Source: Minisyncoccota bacterium
GTDB lineage: Bacteria > Patescibacteriota > Minisyncoccia > Phycocordibacterales > UBA6065
Direction: 5' to 3'
Length of the DNA stretch: 64,000 nucleotides
NCBI GenBank assembly: GCA_041661645.1
Contig: JBAZUA010000003.1
Span: 86,841-150,840, forward strand
Positions 57,532 to 64,000 of this stretch are shown here, piece after piece. The position numbers were made by a program, and so were the translations under genes. Position 1 is the stretch's first letter; every line of letters starts with the position of its first letter. The notes beneath the pieces are model-generated. The model had not been told where the DNA came from, searched no databases, and saw only the letters and a list, made by a program, of their open reading frames with translations.

Positions 57532-59022
57532 TAAAACAAGAGTTTGATCCTAGCTCAGGATGAACGCTGGCGGCGTGGATAAGGCATGCAAGTCAAGGGG
57601 GCCGCAAGGCAACCGGCGAACGAGGTAGTAATAAGTAGGTACGAACCTTCAAGTCAAGCATAGCTCGTCGAAAGACGGGGTAATTCTTGATAGTCCCTTC
57701 GGGGTAAAGATTTATCGCTTGAAGATCGGCCTGCTCGGTATCAGCTAGTTGGTGAGGTAAAAGCTCACCAAGGCAATGACGCCTAGGGGACCTGAGAGGG
57801 TGACCCCCACCGATGGAACTGAGACACGGTCCATACACCTACGGGTGGCCGCAGTCGAGAATCTTCCGCAATGGACGAAAGTCTGACGGAGCGACGCCGC
57901 GTGCAGGATGAAGTCCTTCGGGATGTAAACTGCTTTTATAGGGGAGGAAGTTTATTGACGTTACCCTAAGAATAAGAGGTTGCTAAACTCGTGCCAGCAG
58001 CAGCGGTAATACGAGTGCCTCAAGCGTTATCCGGAATCATTGGGCGTAAAGGGTTTGTAGGTGGTCATGTTAGTCTTTCGTTAAATTTCCCGGCTTAACC
58101 GGGAACATGCGGAGGAAACGGCATGACTTGAGGATGCAAGGGGTCTGCGGAACTCATAGTGTAGCGGTGAAATGCGTTGATATTATGGGGAACACCAAAA
58201 GCGAAGGCAGCAGACTGGGGCACTCCTGACACTGAAAAACGAAAGCGTGGGTAGCGAATGGGATTAGATACCCCAGTAGTCCACGCCCTAAACGATCTTC
58301 TCTAGCTATTTGGAGTATCGACCCTCTGAGTGGCGTAGCTAACGCGTTAAGAGAAGCGCCTGGGTAGTACGACCGCAAGGTTAAAACTCAAAGGAATAGA
58401 CGGGGACTTGCACAAGCGGAGGATCATGTGGTTTAATTCGATGGTAAACGAAGAACCTTACCAGGGTTGGAAATCTAGTTGAAGCCGAGCAGAAACGTTC
58501 GGCGCCGCAAGGCAATTAGACAGGTGCTGCATGGTCGTCGTCAGTTCGTGATTTGAATTGTTCCCTTCAGTGGGGTAACGAACGCAACCCTCATTGCCTG
58601 TTACAAGTGTCAGGCGAGACTGCCCAGCTTTTTGGTCACAATCGAAAGATTGCGCACAAGAAGCTGGGAGGAAGGTGAGGATGACGCCAGATCAGCATGG
58701 CCCTTTGATACCCTGGGCTACACACGTGATACAATGGCACTTACAACGCGAAGCGACGGGGAAACCCTGAGCAAATCGTTTAAAGAGTGCCCTAGTTCGG
58801 ATAGGAGTCTGCAACTCGACTCCTTGAAGCTGGATTCGCTAGTAATCTCGGGTCAGCTATACCGAGGTGAATACGTTCTCAAGTCTTGTACTCACCGCCC
58901 GTCAACTCAAGGGAGTTGGGAGTGCCCGAAGTCCGCGCTTGTCGCGGCCTAAGGCAAGCTCAATGACAGGGAGTAAGTCGTAACAAGGCACGGGTAGCGG
59001 AAGCTGCTCGTGGATTATTTCA
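57532..59022 (+). rRNA. rrs: 16S rRNA (Parcubacteria-like); ends approximate
   Basis: AGAGTTTGATCCTAGCTCAG, GTGCCAGCAGCAGCGGTAA, GGATTAGATACCC, AAGTCGTAACAAGG. Confidence 0.98.
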
Positions 59023-59160
59023 AGTGAAAACCGCTTTCCACTCTGTGGAGAGCTTACGGAGTCGATCATATTTATATGGGTTTTTCAGATACCTACAACT
59101 GAATGGACGTCAGGGAAGAACTGGCAAACAGAACGGAGCAAAGTAGAGGATAGTATGAAG

Positions 59161-59188
59161 AAAAAACCACCCGAAAGGGTGGTTTTTT
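59161..59188 (+). terminator. Terminator of the 16S locus
   Basis: AAAAAACCACCC-GAAA-GGGTGGTTTTTT. Confidence 0.9.
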
Positions 59189-59327
59189 CGTTGTGGCATA
59201 AGGGTTTTACGGAAGTAGGGGAAGGTATTGACAAAAGTGTTGTATATGATATGATTATAATGTAAAAGCTCGGAGGGAGACCTCCTTTTGTCAGTCAGAG
59301 GGAATAGGAAACAGCCTGATTTCATCA

Positions 59328-59576
59328 ATGAAAACCAGTAGAACTCTTACGGATCTTGGTGTCGGTCACCATGAATCCCTGGGGGAGAAATTCCTCCGTC
59401 TCGTGAGCTCTGTAACGGAACTCACCGCGAAGCAGAAGATTCTGCTCGCCATCCCGGTCGGAATTGTCAGCGCTCCTCTTGCGTTTGGCATGATCCGATT
59501 CATCCTCATCGTTGGTTTCGGAAAATCAGCAGTCCCCATCATGTGGTTGGACTGGTGGTGGGTTTGGCTTCGGTAG
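59328..59576 (+). CDS. Small orphan membrane protein with a Trp-rich C-terminus
   Basis: 82 aa; TTGACA-16-TATGAT promoter at 59228; hairpin/T-run at about 59594-59627. Confidence 0.5.
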   Translation: MKTSRTLTDLGVGHHESLGEKFLRLVSSVTELTAKQKILLAIPVGIVSAPLAFGMIRFILIVGFGKSAVPIMWLDWWWVWLR

Positions 59577-59700
59577 CCACCCACAAACTCTGCGCCCCTG
59601 GCACCCGTGCCCGCGGCGCAGTTTTTTATTGTCAAAACAGCCGTTTTCTGCTATATTTTCCAAGCTTCAAGCCAGGGTTGGGGCAGGGGTTCATAGACAT

Positions 59701-59773
59701 GCGCGTATAGCTCAGTTGGTAGAGCACATCACTGATACTGATGGGGTCCTAGGTTCAAATCCTAGTACGCGCA
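59701..59773 (+). tRNA. tRNA-Ile (GAT) by anticodon
   Basis: Acceptor GCGCGTA/TACGCGC, anticodon arm CATCA-CTGATAC-TGATG, T arm CTAGG-TTCAAAT-CCTAG. Confidence 0.88.
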
Positions 59774-59788
59774 CTAATACACAAAGCC

Positions 59789-60460
59789 ATGCACAAAGCT
59801 TTCACCATAGGTCAGTCCCTCGCGTTCGGTTGGGCAGAGTACAGGAAGAACATCTATTTTCTGACCCTTGTCACGGCGGCACTATTCCTCATTCAGATAG
59901 TCATCGGTGGCAAGACCTCGAGCGTCACCGTGGCAGTCACGAGGCAGATCTTCGACATCATCCTCGGGGGATTTGCCACATTCACCTCTGTCCGCATCGG
60001 TCTCAGGGCCCTCAAAGGGCAATCCTTTTCCTGGAAGGACATGTTCGACGTGCGTTGGAACGTGTTCGGCATGTATCTCATCGGCATGGCGCTCTTTACT
60101 CTCTGCTATCTTGTCGGCTTCGTCTTCTTCTTTATCCCCGGCCTTATCGCCATCATCCGCCTGAACTTCTTCGCCTTCATACTCGTCGACGAGGGTCTGT
60201 CGCCCCTCGACGCTCTCAAGAAAAGCTTTGCCATCACCAAAGGGCACTTCTGGAGACTTGCCGGATTCGCCTTGGTGCTTGATCTCATTATCATGGCCGG
60301 GGTGCTTGCCCTTGGCATAGGTGCGCTCGTCGCCATTCCTGTTTGTCTTCTTTCCACGGCTTTTGTGTACGGCAGACTCAAGCACGCGGCTTCGTCCCAC
60401 GCCCACAGTCATCCGCAGCCGACGCTCTCCCACTCACACGCCCATACCCCTGCGGCATAG
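59789..60460 (+). CDS. Integral membrane protein (DUF975-like) with a His-rich tail
   Basis: Multi-TM; FFIPG, ALKKSFAITKGHFW. Confidence 0.75.
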   Translation: MHKAFTIGQSLAFGWAEYRKNIYFLTLVTAALFLIQIVIGGKTSSVTVAVTRQIFDIILGGFATFTSVRIGLRALKGQSFSWKDMFDVRWNVFGMYLIGMALFTLCYLVGFVFFFIPGLIAIIRLNFFAFILVDEGLSPLDALKKSFAITKGHFWRLAGFALVLDLIIMAGVLALGIGALVAIPVCLLSTAFVYGRLKHAASSHAHSHPQPTLSHSHAHTPAA

Positions 60461-60569
60461 GCATTTTTCGCCCCGTCTCCCTCGAAAGGCCCTCTGGATT
60501 GTGTTCTGGAGGGTTTTTCTGTATCATGTAAACTCGTTTTAATTTTTAACAATTAGGCCACCACACACC

Positions 60570-61988
60570 ATGACCACCAAGAAAACCAAGATTGTCTGCA
60601 CCATAGGACCAGCCACCGAATCCCAGGAAAAGCTCGAGGCTCTCCTCAAGGCCGGCATGAACGTCATGCGACTGAACTTCTCTCATGGCGACTTCAAGGA
60701 GCATCAGGCTCGTGTGGCCAATGTCCGCAAGGCGTCTGAGAAGACCGGAATACCGGTGGCCGTTCTCCAGGACCTCGCCGGACCGAAGATTCGCATCGGA
60801 ACCTTCAAGACCGACGCCGTCATGCTGAAGGAGGGTGCCAAGTTCACCATCACCACCGACAAGGTCGAGGGCGACGAGACCAGGGTCTCCGTGAACTACC
60901 CAAGCTTCGCCAAGGAGGTGAAGAAGGGCCATATCGTCTTCCTCCACGACGGCCGCAAGAAGCTCGAGGTTCTCGAGGTGAAGGGCAATGACGTCGTTTG
61001 CAGGATCTTGGTCGGCGGCGAGATCAAGGGTAAGCGAGGCGTCAACCTTCCTGACTCTGACCTTTCCATATCAGCCCTCACCGAGAAGGATCGTACCGAC
61101 CTCGAGTTTGGCGTGAAGAACAAGGTGGACTTCTTTGCCCTCTCGTTCGTTCGCCGAGCGGCCGACATCACCGAGCTCCGCGCCATCCTCGATGCCAAGA
61201 AGTCGAAGGCAAAGATCATAGCCAAGATAGAGACCCCTCAGTCCCTCGCCTGCATAGACGAGATACTCGACCTCGTCGACGGCATCATGGTGGCCCGAGG
61301 CGACCTCGCCATCGAGATCCCCGCAGAGAAGGTTCCTGCCGCCCAGAAGATGCTCATACGCAAGTGCAACGAGCGAGGCCTTCCCGTCATCACCGCGACC
61401 CAGATGCTTGAGTCTATGATCAAGGCACCCGTTCCTACCCGAGCCGAGGTCTCTGACGTCGCGAACGCCATCATCGACGGCACCGACGCCGTCATGCTCT
61501 CCGAGGAGACAACCCTCGGTGACTTCCCGGTACTCGCCGTAGAGGTCATGTCCAAGGTTGCCCTTCAGGTGGAGAGCGAGCTCATGGGCGAGCAGTTCTT
61601 CGCGCCTGTTGGCGAGGATGGCTCTGAGAGCGTGGGCGAGGCCATGACCGCCTCTGCCGTCGACACTGCCGATCGAGTGGATGCAAAGTTCCTCGTATCG
61701 TTCACCAACGGGGGATATAGCGCTCGCATGATTTCGAGGCATAAGCCGGCACAGCGAATATTCGCCTTCACCCCGAACGAGGTTACCTTCCGACAGACGA
61801 CCCTCTCATGGGGCGTCACCCCGGTTCTGGTCGAGAAGACCACGAGCTTCGATGAGATCACCAAGGTTGTCCGAGAGCACTTCCTCAAGAGCAAGCTCGC
61901 GGCCAAGGGCGACAAGATCGTCATGGCATCGACCCTTCCTTTCGGAAAGTCGCTCGAGACCAACATGGTCCTTGTCGAGACTCTCTAA
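60570..61988 (+). CDS. pyk: Pyruvate kinase
   Basis: TKIVCTIGPA, RLNFSHG, MVARGDL, TATQMLESM, PTRAEVSDVAN. Confidence 0.98.
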   Translation: MTTKKTKIVCTIGPATESQEKLEALLKAGMNVMRLNFSHGDFKEHQARVANVRKASEKTGIPVAVLQDLAGPKIRIGTFKTDAVMLKEGAKFTITTDKVEGDETRVSVNYPSFAKEVKKGHIVFLHDGRKKLEVLEVKGNDVVCRILVGGEIKGKRGVNLPDSDLSISALTEKDRTDLEFGVKNKVDFFALSFVRRAADITELRAILDAKKSKAKIIAKIETPQSLACIDEILDLVDGIMVARGDLAIEIPAEKVPAAQKMLIRKCNERGLPVITATQMLESMIKAPVPTRAEVSDVANAIIDGTDAVMLSEETTLGDFPVLAVEVMSKVALQVESELMGEQFFAPVGEDGSESVGEAMTASAVDTADRVDAKFLVSFTNGGYSARMISRHKPAQRIFAFTPNEVTFRQTTLSWGVTPVLVEKTTSFDEITKVVREHFLKSKLAAKGDKIVMASTLPFGKSLETNMVLVETL

Positions 61989-62091
61989 ATTAAGGCCCAC
62001 AATTGTCCATTGTGGACAGAAGAGAGAGGAGTCGCCCCTTGCGGGGCGATTTTTCGTGATACAATTTATCGCATATACATAAAGCACATCT

Positions 62092-62637
62092 ATGAACACA
62101 TCATTGATCACACGATCCATCATCTTTGCCGGCGCCTTCGCCCTATGCGCGACGCTTGCTCCAAACCTTGCCTCGGCCCAGACCTGGACGGCCCCGACGC
62201 TCACCCCTCCGGGAGGTAACGTTTCTGAGCCGATAAACGCCAGCTCCTCGTCCCAGACCAAGGTGGGAGGGCTTTCTCTCGGAAGCCTCAATGTGACGGG
62301 GAACGCTAGCGCTGTTGGGAGCATGTCCGCCGCCTCTTTCCTCTATTCTTCCGACAGGTCTCTCAAGGAGAACATACAGACGTTTGCGAATCCTCTCGCC
62401 ACTGTGCTTGGGCTTCGCGGGGTTTCGTTCACCTGGAAGAAGGGTGGGCAGAAGGACTTCGGCGTCATCGCCCAGGAGGTTGAAAAGGTCATTCCCGAGG
62501 CTGTTCATATCAATGTGGGTACAGGCCTCAAGTCTGTTGAATACGGAAACCTCGTCGGAGTGCTGATCGAGGCAATAAAGGCTCAACAGGTTGAAATCGA
62601 CGCTCTCAAGGCGAGAGTGGATTCCTTAACTAAATAA
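62092..62637 (+). CDS. Secreted protein with a C-terminal peptidase S74 intramolecular chaperone (tail-fibre type)
   Basis: Signal peptide, PP.GNVSEPIN, YSSDRSLKENI, GVIAQEVEKVIPEAV, coiled-coil end. Confidence 0.85.
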   Translation: MNTSLITRSIIFAGAFALCATLAPNLASAQTWTAPTLTPPGGNVSEPINASSSSQTKVGGLSLGSLNVTGNASAVGSMSAASFLYSSDRSLKENIQTFANPLATVLGLRGVSFTWKKGGQKDFGVIAQEVEKVIPEAVHINVGTGLKSVEYGNLVGVLIEAIKAQQVEIDALKARVDSLTK

Positions 62638-62638
62638 C

Positions 62639-64000
62639 ATGCTGAGACGCTTCCTTAGGACATCGCCGCTCATCGTTGCGCTTGTTGCGGGGGTGCTGTG
62701 CGTCGGCGCGCTCTATGCGGCGCAATCATATTCGGTCACCAAAGGCGGTGGCTCGCTTGTCGTGAACGAGTTCGGAACCTGCAAGAGGGTGACGAACAAC
62801 AATGCAAAGGACATCTTCGTCCCGACCAAGACCACGAATGAGTGGAGCCTGTTCAGGACCAACGCTCAAAATGTCACGCTCGGGGATTGCGTGGTCGGAC
62901 TCATGAGGACTGACGTGTTTCGAAATGATGGGACCAACAGCACCTACGCCACGACGTCGCCGGCGGGTACCCAGTACGCCATAATCAAAGCCTATGGCGC
63001 AGGAGGAGGGGGCACTGACAGAACCTGGGGTAAGGTCAGTACCGCGAACGGCGGGTACGGCGGATACGTGGCGGCGCAATACGCAATCTCTGGCGGAGAG
63101 TCTTTGACCATCATGCCCGGAGGCGGAGGAGGATCAGGTGGCTCGGGGGCAGGGAATGGATACGGCCCCGGTGGCGGCGGCATGACAAAGGTTGTGACGT
63201 CCCTCGGCACGCTGTGGGCGGGAGGTGGCGGCGGCGCGGCAGGAAACTCCTACAGTCAGGGACCCGCAAGCAATCAGGTCGTTGTGGATGGTGATCCCGC
63301 TGTTTATACCGGCAGCTCTGCGGGAACATGGACCACGGCGGGAGGCGGGGACAATGGCACCCTTGGCCTGGGAGGCAACGGAAAGACTCAGTCTGGCTCT
63401 CCACAGGGCAACGGCGGCTGGAACGGCGGCGGTTCGGGTGGAGCCCATTACACCCAACATGCCGGAGGCGGCGGAGGCGGAGGCGGCTATTATGGAGGAT
63501 CGGGAGGAAATAGGGGCTATGGATCGAACGGCTCTGGTGGCGACATCACGTCCTCCCCTGGCTATGGCGGATCATCATATGCGAACGGCTCCCCGACAGG
63601 TCTCACATATCTGCCCGCACGTATACCATCAGCGACATCACAGAGGCTCGCGTACGATTCGGCACTTAACAAGTATTTCTATATTAATTCTACAGCGGTG
63701 GCAGAGGGGAGCTATACCGAGGGTGGGTATTCTTCAATCACGGCACCCGTGCCTCCTGGCGCGACGAAGACGGACATCGTGATAACCGTCGCCGCCTCGT
63801 ATCAGACTCAGTGTACCCGTACGGGATGCGTCACTGTGCCGGCCGTAAAGAAAAACGGCTATTCCGTGAGTGATCCCGGGGCGGGAAAGGTCTGGACCTT
63901 CAACGTACCCAATCAGGACTTCGAGGCATTCCTTCCGGGAACTGGCTATCTCGAGAACACTGATTACACCTCTCACTCGTTTGGGACTTTCAACATAGGT
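62639..64000 (+). CDS. Secreted glycine-rich protein, partial (runs off the window, absent from the ORF track)
   Basis: Own translation from ATG 62639: MLRRFLRTSPLIVALVAG...EFGTCKRVTN...FVPTKTTNEW...YGAGGGG...AGGGGGGGGYYGG; no stop seen before 64000. Confidence 0.8.
   Translation, partial: MLRRFLRTSPLIVALVAGVLCVGALYAAQSYSVTKGGGSLVVNEFGTCKRVTNNNAKDIFVPTKTTNEWSLFRTNAQNVTLGDCVVGLMRTDVFRNDGTNSTYATTSPAGTQYAIIKAYGAGGGGTDRTWGKVSTANGGYGGYVAAQYAISGGESLTIMPGGGGGSGGSGAGNGYGPGGGGMTKVVTSLGTLWAGGGGGAAGNSYSQGPASNQVVVDGDPAVYTGSSAGTWTTAGGGDNGTLGLGGNGKTQSGSPQGNGGWNGGGSGGAHYTQHAGGGGGGGGYYGGSGGNRGYGSNGSGGDITSSPGYGGSSYANGSPTGLTYLPARIPSATSQRLAYDSALNKYFYINSTAVAEGSYTEGGYSSITAPVPPGATKTDIVITVAASYQTQCTRTGCVTVPAVKKNGYSVSDPGAGKVWTFNVPNQDFEAFLPGTGYLENTDYTSHSFGTFNIG

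Noticed and set aside
63225-63782. 185-aa plus-strand ORF in the track
   Set aside because: Alternative frame of the longer glycine-rich CDS starting at 62639

Overview
Chromosomal window from a Patescibacteria (CPR) bacterium, most likely Parcubacteria/OD1. The assignment rests on a divergent 16S with universal-primer mismatches and no anti-Shine-Dalgarno tail, unlinked 16S and 23S-5S loci, 23S group I introns, rplK without an adjacent rplA, and rpsF-ssb-rpsR without rplI. Most genes are housekeeping: secE-nusG-rplK, a dTMP cluster (dCMP deaminase, thyX, glyA, tmk, dut), argS, ileS, glyQS, metG, efp, recA, ftsK, rplJL, rodA, secDF and pyk. The window also holds a surface-protein cluster, one RelBE/DinJ-YafQ-like TA pair, two tRNAs and several orphan ORFs. 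The best leads are non-coding: (1) a ~450-nt ORF-free, highly paired minus-strand unit at 17442-17889 with its own sigma70 promoter and terminator, a candidate large structured ncRNA; (2) three ~90-105 bp nested-hairpin elements (860, 24791, 46611) with unrelated stems but a shared internal-loop motif, each next to an orphan gene; (3) a dense GGACA/TGTCC box array around a wHTH gene divergent from ftsK; (4) a long structured leader on an S-layer-like gene. An IleRS with an inserted histidine-phosphatase domain and a recurrent leaderless-mRNA promoter signature are also notable. All calls were made by eye; no database search or folding program was run.
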